64,000 nt of DNA from NCBI RefSeq assembly GCF_030144855.1, contig NC_082711.1, forward strand, positions 118,234,001 through 118,298,000, in the 5' to 3' direction. The translations under genes and the position numbers were made by a program. The notes below the pieces were generated by a model. The model did not search any database, was not told where the DNA came from, and worked only from the letters and a program-made list of their open reading frames with translations. The DNA is from Hypanus sabinus (lineage: Eukaryota). Below, one piece after another: positions 48,058-60,458 of the stretch; the first letter of the stretch is position 1; the number at the start of each line of letters is the position of its first letter.

Positions 48058-48850
48058 CTACATGTTTCTGGTGTATTTGAATGGCCTCCCCAAGGCTTTT
48101 GTTGCTTCAATAGTCTTTTCATCTGGGCCATGTGGGAGGTGTAATTTTACATGCTGCTTGGCTGCTTTATCAGCTGCCACATTGCCCCATGTTACGGGAT
48201 CTGTGGTACCAGTGTGGGCGCCGTACTTGATTGTTGCTGAACTATTTGGCAGCTGCACCGCCTGTAGCAGGTTCACCATCACACTGGCGTGTTGTATAGG
48301 CTTCCCAGATGAAGTAATAAATCCCCTATTTTCCACAGGGTCCTGAAGTCATCTACTACCCCACAGGCTTAACGAGAGTCAATATAGATGTTGGCGGTCT
48401 TCCCGGCAGCGAAGATACAAGCCCAGGTTAACGCACAGAGCTCACCTGCCTCAGCGGATGTGCCTAGAGGGAGGACTGATGTTACTATCTCCACTACATT
48501 CAGGCAATCATGGGGTTGGGAGGACCAGGGAGAAGCATTAAAGTGGAGGGATTTAGGGCTGGTGTTCTGTGAAAAGAGAGGTTAGGTTTACATAGCAACA
48601 TCACCTCTTAGCCGGTTCGGCGAGGTACGGTCAAATGCTGTGTTGTTGTTGAGTTGAGGAGCGGCAGCTCTGAGTGGGGAGTGAGAACAGTGCAGCCATG
48701 ATCTAAGACCAATGGCGTGGCCTTTCCCACCATAATGACAGTGGTGGTGACCACAGCACGGAGGCAGCAAGGACCTCAGGGGGCAGAAGGGTCAAATAGT
48801 TGACTACAGACCATCGAAGTCCACTGTGTTCTTGGGTCAAGACAGCACTA
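48058..48850 (-). mobile_element. Endogenous retrovirus pol remnant (connection domain + RNase H), class I (gamma/epsilon-like)
   Basis: Manual translation: QHLT.PRR...LL..PNL...LNP...PHDC; GTSAEAGELCALTWAC..A.GKTANIYIDSR*A.GVV.DF.TLW; NRGFITSSGKPIQHA...LLQAVQLP...AH.....V..GN..ADKAAK. Confidence 0.88.
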
Positions 48851-50330
48851 GCAAACCCCTCCATTCATTCTCAAATTTCAACAAATAATTGTTTCTGTGC
48901 ATGGAAAAAGCCAGAGTTCAAATAAACTTCGGCAACTAGTCTCTCCAGACCAAAACCTATGGCCCCACCAAAGAACTTACAAATAGGAGTAATGCCATCT
49001 GGCCCATTGAACCCGCTCTGGCATTCAATAAGATGATAGTTGATCTGTCCATGGACTCATCTCCACCTACCTGCCTTTTCCCCATATCCCTTAAATTCCC
49101 CTACTACACAAAATTCTATCGAAACTTGTCTTAGATATGTTTACTGAGATAGGCTCCACTGCTTCTTTGGGCAGAGAATTCCACAGATTCACCACTCTTT
49201 GGAAAAGCAGTTCCTCCTTATCTCCGTACTAAATGTAATGCCACAAATCTTGAGGCTATGTCCCCTAGTTCTAGTCTCATCTGCAAGTGAAAACCACATT
49301 CTTGCCTCAATCTTATCTATCCCTTTCATAATTTTATCTGTTTCTATAAGATCTCATCTCATTCTTCTGAATTCCAGTGAGTACAGTATAAGGAGACTCG
49401 ATCTCTCCTCATAGTCTAACCCCTCATCTCTGGAATCAACCTCGTGAACCTCCTTTGCACCGCCTCCAAAGCCAGTATACCCTTCCTCAAATAAGCAGAC
49501 CAGGACTAGACTCAGTACTCCAGGTGTGGCCTCACCAGTAACCTGTACAGTTGCAGCCTCTTGAATTTAATCCCTTCAGTAATAAAGGCAAACATTCTAT
49601 TGGCCTTCTTGATAGTCTGCTGCACTTGCAACTCAACCTTTTGTGATTCATGCACAAGCACTCTCAAGTCCCTCTGCACAGCAGAATGCTGCAAATTTTT
49701 ACCATTTCTTTACCATTTAATAATCTGCTCTTCCATGTCTTCCTTCCAAAGTGAATGACCTCACAGTTACCAACATTGTATTCCATCTGCCACCCCCTTG
49801 CCCACTCACTTAACCTATCTATGTCTCTCTGCAGACTCTCTGTATCTCCAGCACAATTTGCTTTTTCACTGAATTTAGTATCATCAGCAAACTCAGATAC
49901 ACTACACGCGGTCCCCTCTTCCAGATCATTAACGTAGATCATGAACAGTTGCGGGCAACTGGATCTTCTGGTCTTTCATGTGGCACCTTATCGAACACCT
50001 TCTGGAAATACAAATAAATAACATCCATCTGATCCCCTCTATCCACAGCGCTCATTATATCCTCAAAGAACTCCAATAAGTTTGTCAAGCAGGATCAGTA
50101 TTGGCTGAATCCATCCTGTGTCTGCCTCATGGATCCATTTCTTTCCAGATGCCTGACTATTTCTTATTTAATGATAGCTTCAAGCTTTTCCCAACTACAG
50201 ATGTTAAACTAACTGGCCTACAGTTACCTGCCTTTTGCTTAAATCCTTTTTTGAACAGTGGTGTGGCATTTGCCACCTTCCAATCTGACTGGAGCTGCCC
50301 AGAGTCTAGAGAATTTTGGTAAATTATAAC

Positions 50331-51790
50331 CATATAACAATTACAGCACAGAAACAGGTCATCTTGGCCCTTCTGGTCCGTGCTGAACACTTACTCTCAC
50401 CTAAACCCACTGAACTGCACTCAGCCCATAACCCTCCATTCCTTTCCTGTCCATATACTTATCCAATTTTTTTTAAATGACAGTATCGAACCTGCCTCTA
50501 CCACTTCTACTAGAAGTTTGTTCCACACAGCTACCACTCTCTGAGAAAAGAAGTTTCCCCTCGTGTTACCCCTAAACTTTTGCCCCCTAACTCTCAACTC
50601 ATGTCCTCTTGTTTGAATCTCCCTTACTCTCAATGGAAAAAGCCTATCCACGTCAACTCTATCCTCCTCATAATTTTAAATATCTCTATCAAGTCCCCCC
50701 TCAATCTTCTACGCTCCAAAGAATAAAGACCTAACTTGTTCAACCTTTCTCTGTAACTTAGGTACTGAAACCCAGTAATGTTCTAGTAAATCTTCTCTGC
50801 ACTCTCTCTATTTTGTTGACATCTTTCCTATAATTCGGTGACCAAAACTGTACACAATACTCCAAATTTGGCCTCACCAATGCCTTGCACAATTTTAACA
50901 TTACATCCCAACTCCTACACTGAATGCTCTGATTTATAAAGGCCAGCATACAAAAAGCTTTCTTCACCACCCTATCCACATGAGTTTCCACCCTCAGGGA
51001 ACTATGCACCATTATTCCTGGATCACTCTGTTCTACAGCATTCCTCAATGCCCTACCACTTACCATGAATGTCCTATTCTGATTAGTCCTACCAAAATGT
51101 AGCACCTCACACTTATCAGCATTAAACTCCATCTACCATCTTTCAGCCTACTCTTCTAACTGGCCTAAATCTCTCTGTAAGCTTTGAAAACATACTTCAT
51201 TATCCACAATGCCACCTATCTTAGTACCATCTGCATACTTACTAATCCAATTTGCCACCCCATCATCCAGATCATTAATGTCTATGACAAACAACATTGG
51301 ACCCAGTACAGATCCCTGAGGCACACCACTCGTCACTGGCTTCCAACTTAACTAACAGTTATCCACCACTACTGTCTGGCATCTCCCATCTAGCCACTGT
51401 TGAATCCATTTTACTACTTCAATATTAATACCTAACAATTGAACCTTCCTAACTAACCTTCCATGCAGAACCTTGTCAAAGGCCTTACTGAAGTCATTAT
51501 AGACAACATCCACTGCTTTACTCTCATCGACTTTACTAGTAACTTCGTCAAAAAATTCAGTAAGATTTGTCAAACATGACCTTCCTCTCACAAATCCATG
51601 TTCCTAATCAGACCCTGTCTATCCAGGTAATTATATATACCGTCTCTAAGAATACTTTCCAGTAATTTACCCACCATTGATGTCAAACTTACAGGCGATT
51701 ATTGCTAGGTTTACTCTTAGAACCCTTTTTAAACAATGGAACCACATGAGCAATACACCAATTTTCCGGCACCATCCCTGTTTCTAATGA
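50331..51790 (-). mobile_element. CR1 3' half nested in another CR1
   Basis: Tail ACCATATAACAATTACAGCAC; RGRSCLTNL, DFSKAFDKVLHG, GVPQGSVLGP, KYADGTKIGG. Confidence 0.85.
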
Positions 51791-52167
51791 CATTTGAAAT
51801 ATTTCTGTCTTCTATAACTTCTAACTTCCATAACTTTTTCTATGATCATCTTCTGTAACTTCTGCCATTTCTTTCAGCACCCTGGGATACAGTCCATCAA
51901 GACCGAGGACTTGTCTATCTTCAGGCCCACCTTCAGACCAAGTTTGCTCAGCACTACCTCTTTAGTGACAGCTATTGTATTGAGGTCCTCACCTCCCATT
52001 GCATCCATAACATCTCTCATTGGCATGTTAGGCGTGTCCTCCATCATGAGGATGGAGTTATTCAAAGACTCTGCCATTTCCTCATTACCCAAAATCAATT
52101 CCCCCTTCTTGTCCTTCAAGGGACCAACGTTCACTATAGCCACCCTTTTCTGCTTTATATAATAATA

Positions 52168-53388
52168 CTGGTGGCCCATTTTCCAAACGTTCACTTTACG
52201 ACAGCTTGCTGTTACGAAAGACCCACATTAATTATCTGGTTTCGCTAGCCGAAGAGTGTTTTCACTGTTACAAAAAAAAGGCAGCGCGCACCCCGAGCAG
52301 CCAAACTCCTCCCCCGGAACAACATTCTAGCTGCCATAGCTTAAACACGTGTCTGTGAGCATGTGTGCTTTATCTCGATTCATTTTGCGCATCCGTTAAC
52401 AAGATGAGTTCTAAGGTATCGGAAAAGCCTAAGAGAGCTCGTAAGGGTGCTATACTTAGCGCAAAACGGACTTAATTAAGCACTTCGATCATGGTCAACG
52501 AAGTAAGGGCATTGTCCATGCGTTGAACTTGCCTGTGTCCACCATTCGCACTATTTACACACAGAGAGAAAGAATCTTGAAAGCTGCCAATGTTACTGTT
52601 GGTTCTGCTTGTAGCAGAGTGGTCTCTATTAGTCAGCATCCAATAATGGATAAAATGGAAAGTCTATTGCTTGAGTGGATTGATGTATGTACAAAGTGTG
52701 GTGTTTCTTTATCTTATACTTAAGGAGAAATCAGTCAATCTGTTTAATAAGCTGAAACAGAAAGCACTCGACGATGGTGATGAAAGGTAGTCATGGGTGG
52801 TTTGATCGGTTTCTGAGGTGAGGGCAGCTTCATAGTTTAACGTTTACTGGACAATGCGCTTCAGCTGATACTGAAGTTGTTGAAAAGTTCCCAGCAGAAG
52901 CGAAGAAAATAATTACAGAAGGTGATTATTCATATAAGCAAGTGTTTAACTGTGATGAAACTGCAATTTATTGGAAAAAAATTTTCCCACATGAATTAAA
53001 TATTTTTGTGAAAATGGAATTTAAAGATAGTCATGGGTGCTTTGATCAGATTTTGAGGAGACAGCAGCTTCATAGCGTAAAGGTTACTGGAGAGAGCACT
53101 TCTACTGAGAGAGTTTGTGTGAGATTTTCACTACGCTTGACCGTACTGCAATGGTTGCAGAAAAGTATTGCTACTTTATATATAGGCTGTATATTTATCA
53201 TATTATTCCTGCCTTTACTATATGTTAGTGTTATTTGGTATGATTTGGTATGTTATTTTTTTGGATCTGGGAACAGTCACAAATTTTTCCCATACAAATT
53301 ATTGGTAATTGCTTCTTCACTTTACCACATTCCAGCTTACGAACCAATTCACAGGAACACTCTACTTTCGGATAGCAGGGGAAACCTG
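52168..53388 (+). mobile_element. Tigger/pogo DNA transposon, internally deleted (1221 bp), TA target duplication
   Basis: TA|CTGGT...ACCTG|TA. ATG at 52404; CENP-B-type HTH (NLPVSTIRTI; MESLLLEWI; SHGWFDRF); first DDE motif VFNCDETAIYWKK, then truncation. Confidence 0.9.
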
Positions 53389-53403
53389 TAAAAACTTTTA
53401 CTA

Positions 53404-53615
53404 GGCAACACGAGTGAATCTGCAGATGCTGGAAATAAATAAAAACACAAAATGCTGGCAGAACTCAACAGGCCAGACAGCATCTATGGGAGGAGGTAGT
53501 GATGACTTTTCGGGCCGAAACCCTTCATCAGGAGGGTATTGGCCCGAAATATGGCCACTACCTCCTCCCATAGATGCTGTCTGGCCTGCTGAGTTCTGCC
53601 AACATTTTGTGTTTT
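53404..53615. mobile_element. 212-bp palindromic Penelope-derived element with 15-bp TSD
   Basis: About 76-bp inverted arms (AAAAACACAAAATGCTGGCAGAACTC...GGGCC / GGCCC...GAGTTCTGCCAACATTTTGTGTTTTT); TAAAAACTTTTACTA at 53389-53403 and 53616-53630. Confidence 0.9.
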
Positions 53616-54267
53616 TAAAAACTTTTACTATCCTTTCTTATATTTTGTGCTAGTTTATTTCCATAATCTATCTTCCCTTCCTTTTTACTTGCTTAGTGGT
53701 TTTTTGTTGCTTTTTAAAGTTTTCCCTATCTTCCAGTTTCCCACTACTCTTGGTGACATTATATGCACAAGCTTTTAGTTCTTTTATTTCCTTAGTTGCT
53801 GTCTGTCCTCACCCTTACTGTCCTTGCTTTTAACTGGAATATACCTTTTTCTGAGCACTGTGAAAAATGTCTGAAAGTCTTCCACTGCTCCTCAACTGTC
53901 CCACCATATAGCCTGTGTTCCCAGTCTACACTAGCCAAATCCTCCCTCATCCCATTGTAGGCGTAATACTCTGGTTTTAGATCAAACTATTGCACTCTCC
54001 ATTTCTATGAGAAACTCAATCATTCTGTGATCACTCTTTCTAAGAGGATTCCTAGCAACAAGATCACTAATTTTATCTGTCTCATTGCACAGGACCAGAT
54101 CTAAGATAACACATTCCCCTGTAGGTTCAGTGACATGTTGTTCAAGAAAGCCATCACCGATGCATTCCTCCTCAAGAGTGCCTTGACCAACCTGATTCAC
54201 CCAATCTATGTGTAAATTAAAGTCCTCCAAGTTAATTGCTGTTCCAATCTTACATGCCTCAGATATT

Positions 54268-54782
54268 TCAGTTCAGTTCAGTTTCTGTTTATCGTCATTT
54301 AGAAACCACAGGGTCAATGCAGTTAAAAAATGAGACAATGTTCCTCCAGAATGATATCACAAAAGCACACTACAAAAAAACACTACCAGAAAATCCACAT
54401 AACATTTGGCAATCCCCAAATCCAGAGTCCGGAGAGGCTGCTGCATATTAATATCATGCTACTGTCTTAGCACGTTCCCCGGAAAGGAGCTCCAAAATCC
54501 ACCAGACAAAACAAGACTACCCAGACACACTAAGTCAGGAGACCAACTCTACCACCCAACAAACCAAAAACTAAAGCTACAAGACCTCCACAAAACCACA
54601 TAGTTACAACAGTGCAAACAATAGAATAATTGATAAAAAAAAACAGACCATGGCACAGTAAAAATAGTCCAATGATGTTAAAAGACTATAAGTTCAAAAG
54701 AAACCACCGCACAGTTTCCACAAGTCCTTAGGGTCCCGATAGACTCATCAGCCCATGCAGGCGGCAGAAGGGAATACCCCCG
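54268..54782 (-). mobile_element. 5'-truncated copy of the non-autonomous LINE-tail element
   Basis: Aligns by eye with 38669-39185; (ACTGA)n tail; host CR1 EN resumes at 54783. Confidence 0.85.
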
Positions 54783-55929
54783 CTCTCTCTGTTTCTCTGT
54801 TTATTGCCTATGCCACTATAATATTATTCAGTGGCTGATAGACAACTACCACCGGTGATTTTATTCCCTTTACTTTCACGAGTAGCTTCAGATTCTTCTG
54901 CTTGGAGCTGAGTCTGATCTGCGCTAATGATACATTGCTAGGACACTGCCATAACCGTAAACTACTTGAAAGTGGTTAGCAGCTTGAGCAGGGTGGTATG
55001 ATCATGAACAAGGCAGTTGCAAGGAACCGCTGACGAGGATTTGATCCAGAATAGGTATCAAGTTCTTGCAGCCTATGTAGATGCTAACAAAGACTGTGGT
55101 GAGGATAAGCTAAATGAAAACAGGTTCACACTGTCTATTCCAGCTCTGGGAGCAAAAACTGTGGGGCATAGAGGAAATATAGATCAGGGTATAAACACTA
55201 CTCTCTATTCCAACCTGAAATGCGTGACCTGTTTCATTGAGTTATAAAAATGAGAAATGCTGGATGGCTGTAATGAAGACAGAAAGAGCTCATTATGTCA
55301 GCATCCTTGGGGGGAGATTGAGAACAGTTTTTCTTCACACTGCAGCTTCTTCATCAGGACTGACTGGGAAAGACTGACTTCAGAATATGAACTACAAAAG
55401 GTTGTTTTCAGGTGACACATGTTATCAAATGGAATCTTGGCCTTCATTGTGAGAGGAACTGAGTTTAAGAGTAAAGCATTTTGCTGCAAATGTACGGGAT
55501 ACATGGAGTCCAAGAATCCAGATAAGAACTTAGAATTAAGAACTAAAGTAGCTTTATTAATTTTATTAACAGTGACAATGCAGACTTTGTGGCACTACTG
55601 CATACCTGTCTTTTCTGGGCAAGCTCATGCAGTTCTCTCACACCAGTTGGACATGACATGTTAAACGCTCAACATTGCTTTTTCTCAGCATTATAAGGCA
55701 ATCGTTCTACTTTGCTTTAAAAGTGTTGCAATGCATGAACACCCCCAGACGTGTCCTCCACTGTGAAGAATGACACAAGATAATCATTCAAAGCCTCTGT
55801 TGTTTTCTCATTCCCCAATATCAATTCATCTTTCTCATCCTCCAAGGGATTTACATTCACTTTAGCCAACCTTTTCCACTTTATATAATTTTAAAAACTT
55901 TTACTATCCATTTTTATATTTTGTGTTAG

Positions 55930-56470
55930 TCTCCATGTAGACAAGACAAAAGATGACTGTGGGCTTCAGGAAGGCTCCTGTCAACCACTCTCCATTGCAC
56001 ATCAGTGGCTCTGCTGTAGAGAGTCTGAAGAGTATGAAGTTTCTTGGTGCGCTCAGAATAAAAGCCACCGAGAGGTTCAGCTGGGTCTCCCTCCCCCTGT
56101 TTGTCACATTTACTGGGAGTGTTGATAAAAGAGCCCAAAGTATTGATGAGGACCCCTTCCACCCATCTCAAAATCGCCAACACCATCAGGAAGGAGGTAC
56201 AGAAGCAACAGGACTGGGACTGACAGATCGGGAACAGATTCTTCCCTCAGGCTGGGAGACTAATGCCTCCCCTGTCAGCACCGAGGTCTCGTCACTCAGA
56301 TAGTGAACAGCTTACTGGTCCTGCAGACTACATGTGCTCGGAATTACATTTTATTATTTGTGGTAATAACGTGATGTTTTATGTCTTGTGAGTGTGCCAC
56401 ACTCCAGAGGAATATTGTTTTATTTGGTTGTAAATAAAAACAGTCAGATGACAATAAACTTGAACTTGAG
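55930..56470 (+). mobile_element. Rex1/Babar LINE 3' fragment with internal deletions
   Basis: KTK.M.V.FRK...HSPLHISGSAVE....KFLG; tail CCAGAGGAATATTG...ATGACAATAAACTTGAACTTGA. Confidence 0.8.
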
Positions 56471-56886
56471 TTAGTAATTGGCAGATAATGGAGGAATCCT
56501 GAACCAGAGGGCATAGGTTTAATCTGAGGAGTAGAGGCATTCGAGGGGATCTCAGGAAAGCAAGTTTGCAACCTGAAACACAGTTCTCTCACAAGATTTG
56601 AAAGTATCTGGTGAACACTCGAATAGTCAAAGCACAGAGGCTACGGAGCAGGTGTTTGGTGAATGGGTTTGGTACAGATGGTACTCGGTGAGCTGTATGA
56701 ACAGGAAGGGTGAAGGATGGGGTGGGCAAGTTACCCGATATACATGCTCTACCTACCCCACCCACACCTACCCTCACGAGGGTACTGCCTGGGCCACAAG
56801 AGAAACCCATTGCAATATCTGCCCTCCCACCATCCCCACCCTGATTTAACACCCAAGCACTCGCGACTGTGGCTGTCGAACACGGA

Positions 56887-57009
56887 TCACATCCGTGGAG
56901 GATGGTTGTCTCCTGGTTCACAATGGTGGGTTATTTGAGGGGACCTAGGGGTCTTGACAGTGTCATACACGGTGGGAGGAATCTTCATCATCTCCTCTTG
57001 ACTGTGAAC
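56887..57009 (-). CDS. SLAM-family gene B, last coding exon with ITSM TVYDTV
   Basis: Acceptor TGTGCTTTCTCTGCAG|, phase 0 matching the previous exon. VHSQEEMMKIPPTVYDTVKTPRSPQITHHCEPGDNHPPRM*. Confidence 0.85.
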   Translation of the reverse strand, partial: VHSQEEMMKIPPTVYDTVKTPRSPQITHHCEPGDNHPPRM

Positions 57010-57334
57010 CTGCAGAGAAAGCACAGATTTCAGAGACGAGATGCAATCCTGGACACGGGAAATGCAGGTGGGGGACAAGACCATTCTCTCATTCTGCAGA
57101 TACCCTCATTCCTCAACATTAACTACCCCTTCACCAATCTTTATATTATCCACAAACTTTACCACAAAGCCATCAGTTTTATGATGAAATTCATTGACAT
57201 ATAACATGAAAAGTCCCCAACACCAACCCCTGTTGAACACCACCGGTCACCGGCAGACAACCAGACAAATTCCCCTTTACTCCCACTCCTGCCAATCAGA
57301 CAATCGTCTGTCCATATCGAGAAAATCTGTAATT

Positions 57335-57890
57335 GTTGGAAATCCAAGCAACACCCGCTGAATACTGAAGAGCAGGCCAGGCCAGGCAGCATCAATGGAA
57401 ATAGTCTCAGACTGACCCTTCATCAGGACTGGAAAACAGATGAGAAGTCAGAGACAGAAGGTGGGGTGAGGGGTGGGGAGGAAAAAGTACAAGGTGGTAA
57501 GTGATGGGTGAAACCGGGAGACGGGGAGGGGTGAAGTAAAGAGCTGGGAAGTTGATCAGTGAAAGAAATAAAGTTCTGGGAAGGGGGAATCTGATATGAG
57601 AGGCAAGAAGACCATGGAAGAAAGGGTAGGGAGGGGCACCAGAGGGAGGTGAAGGGCAGGTAAGGAGATAAAGTGAAAGAGGGAATTGTGAACGGGGGAG
57701 ACATTACCGAAACTTTGAGAAATCCATGTTCATGCCATCAGGTTGCAGGCTACCCAGATAGAATACAAGGTGTTGCTCCTCCAACCTGAGTGTGACCTCA
57801 GTGCTGAAGCAGAGGGTGTTGTGGACTGACATGTCAGAATGGGAATGGGAAGTAGAAATGACATGGGGGCCACTGGAAGATCCTGCTCTA
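57335..57890 (-). mobile_element. Penelope 3' fragment
   Basis: GACCCTTCATCAGGACTGG; GAGAAATCCATGTTCATGCCATCAGGTTG...GTTGCTCCTCCAACCTGAG (GIY-YIG C-terminus). Confidence 0.85.
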
Positions 57891-58055
57891 CCCCAGCCAG
57901 CTCTCTCTTATACCTCTGTAATACCCATTGTACTACTAATAAATCTCACTTCAGCTTCTCCCTCTCAAACTGCAGTAGGGAAATATTTTATATCATCATC
58001 ACTGCCTTCTACAGATCCTTTACCTCAAGCTCCCTGATGAAATCTGATCAAATAG

Positions 58056-58805
58056 CAGTGACTGGGTGTGAGGGTGTAATCTACCCCAGTGACTGGGTCT
58101 GAGAATGTAATCTACCCCAGTGACCAGGTGTGAGAATGTAATCTACCCCAGTGACCGGGTGTGAGAATGTAATCTACCCCAGTGACTGGGTGTGAGGGTG
58201 TAATCTACCCCAGTGACTGGGTGTGAGGGTGTAATCTACCCCAGTGACCGGGTGTGAGAATGTAATCTACCCCAGTGACTGGGTGTGAGGGTGTAATCTA
58301 CCCCAGTGACTGGGTGTGAGGGTGTAATCTACCCCAGTGACTGGGTGTGAGGGTGTAATCTACCCCAGTGACCAGGTGTGAGGGTGTAATCTACTCCAGT
58401 GACCAGGTGTGAGGGTATAATCTACCCCAGTGACTGGGTGTGAGGGTGTAATCTACCCCAGTGACCAGGTGTGAGGGTGTAATCTACTCCAGTGACCAGG
58501 TGTGAGGGTGTAAACTACCCCAGTGACTGGGTGTGAGAATGTAATCTACCCCAGTGACTGGGTGTGAGGGTGTAATCTACCCCAGTGACCGGGTGTGAGG
58601 GTGTAATCTACTCCAGTGACCAGGTGTGAGGGTGTAAACTACCCCAGTGACTGGGTGTGAGAATGTAATCTACCCCAGTGACTGGATGTGAGGGTGTAAT
58701 CTACCCAAGTGACTGGGTGTGAGAATGTAATCTACCCCAGTGACCGGGTGTGAGAATGTAATCTACCCCAGTGACTGGGTGTGAGAATGTAATCTACCCC
58801 AGTCA
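58056..58805. repeat. 31-bp minisatellite, about 24 units
   Basis: CTACCCCAGTGACTGGGTGTGAGGGTGTAAT with period 31. Confidence 0.97.
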
Positions 58806-58829
58806 CTCAGTGTTTGGATGGAGACAATG

Positions 58830-59670
58830 TATCCCAGCGACTGGGTGTGTGTGTGTGTGTGTGGGAGGGACAGTGTACCCCAGTAACCGGGTGTGGAGGG
58901 GGGGGGATGTGTATCCCAGTGACCGTGTGTGTTTGGGCGGGGAGGACTGTGTACCCCAGTGACTGGGTGTCTGGAGGGGAAATGACAATGTACCCCAGTC
59001 ACCAGGTGAGGGGTATATGATCGGACAGTGTACCCCAGTGACCGGTGTGTGTGGGAGGTCAGTGTGCCCCAGTGACAGTGTGTAGGTTGGAGGTTTGGGT
59101 GACAGTGTACCCCAGTGACCAGGAGTGTGTGCGCAGGGGGGTTGATAGTGTACTCCAGTGACTGAGTNNNNNNNNNNNNNNNNNNNNNNNNNNNNNNNNN
59201 NNNNNNNNNNNNNNNNNNNNNNNNNNNNNNNNNNNNNNNNNNNNNNNNNNNNNNNNNNNNNNNNNNNNNNNNNNNNNNNNNNNNNNNNNNNNNNNNNNNN
59301 NNNNNNNNNNCCAGTGTTTGGGTATGTGGGAGCTCTCTTCCCCAGTGAATGGGTGCAGGGGAAGGTCAGATAACCACAGTGACTGGGGGGGGGGGGCGTG
59401 GAGGGGTGGTGACAGTTAACCTCATTGACCAGGAGCAGGGAGGGCAGTGTACCCCAGTGGGCCAGGGTTTGGAGTGTACTCTTGTGACTGGTTGTGGAGG
59501 GAGGGGGATAGTGCACTTCAGTGACCGTGTATGTGTCTGGGGGGAGCAGTGTACTCCAGTGACCGGGTGCAGGGGAGTAAGTGTGCCCCAGTGTCTGGGT
59601 TTGTGTGTGGAGATTGTGCTGTGACAGTGTACCCCAGTAACTGAGTGTGTGGGGGCAGTGTACCCCTGCA
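58830..59670. repeat. Degenerate older portion of the same repeat (core GTGTACCCCAGTGAC with variable GT-rich spacers)
   Basis: Core recurs every ~35-50 bp on both sides of the gap. Confidence 0.85.
59168..59310. other. Assembly gap (143 N)
   Basis: Run of N. Confidence 1.
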
Positions 59671-60018
59671 TATGAGTGGGAATGGAATCTTGCTGCCCTG
59701 GTTGAACCAATGTGAAGGTCACTGTTCAGTTTGAGGGGGATTCTCTTTGTTTATTGCCCGGGATCTCACAGAGCCTTTGTTTATGTTGCTCAGCTCTGTG
59801 GAATCTTTGACAGGACTGTAAGGGCGCTCAGCTTTGGCTCTTGATGAGCCTGCGATTGTCCTTTGTGCCAGCAACACCCAGTGGTCTGAGGACATTAAAC
59901 TAGTACCCCTTCCCGAGGTAATGTGGCTGTCCTTCAGACTGTGAGAGTGGTCCCAGGGGATTGAAGAGTTCAGTCTGCAGTTTCCCCTCCCTTCACGGGG
60001 TAATACATCTCCTCTTAC

Positions 60019-60104
60019 CATCTCGTTTCCCTCTGGAGGCTGCCGGTTAGTTGCTGTTATGTTTATTGCCTGAACTTCTGCGTAAATAGTGCAGGGACTT
60101 GGGT
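60019..60104 (-). CDS. SLAM-family gene B, cytoplasmic exon with ITSM TIYAEV
   Basis: Acceptor TCATCTCCTCTTTCTCTGCTCCACAG| and donor GAGATG|GTAAGA; 86 nt, phase 1 to 0. DPSPCTIYAEVQAINITATNRQPPEGNEM. Confidence 0.88.
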
Positions 60105-60458
60105 CTGTGGAGCAGAGAAAGAGGAGATGAGGACCAGGCCCACCACAATGTTTCCTTCATGCCCCAATTACTGTCACCCCTCTGCACCACATCCACTGCC
60201 AATCCCCCATCTCTCTTGAATCCCCCCCTCATCTCTCCTTTCCCTCCCACCCTCCACTCCCTCTAACCTCTTTATTCCTTTCTCCAACCACCCACCTCCT
60301 CCCTCTCCCACCTGCACCCCATCTCCTATCGACCCCACACACCAACTACATCCCTTCTCTCACCTTTTGTCCCGAGATGTGAGGGTCAGGATGTGAGACA
60401 CCTGCCTATACCGCTCCCCTGCTCCCCGGTCCTTCGGGTAGGACAGTTGGGTACTTGC

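Larger units (their letters stand above)
48980..55000 (-). mobile_element. Degenerate CR1 with nested CR1, Tigger, Penelope hairpin and LINE-tail element
   Basis: 3' tail at about 48985; SEFADDTKF; NCRPVSLTSVVGK; VNVGPLKDKKGELILGNEEMAE; EDFNLHIDW...FLEQHVTEPT. Confidence 0.8.

Noticed and set aside
58803-59516. 237-aa ORF
   Set aside because: Spans the N gap and is translated tandem repeat.
58830-59670. CRISPR-like repeat-spacer pattern
   Set aside because: Spacers are low-complexity GT-rich relatives of each other and grade into a plain minisatellite; no cas genes.
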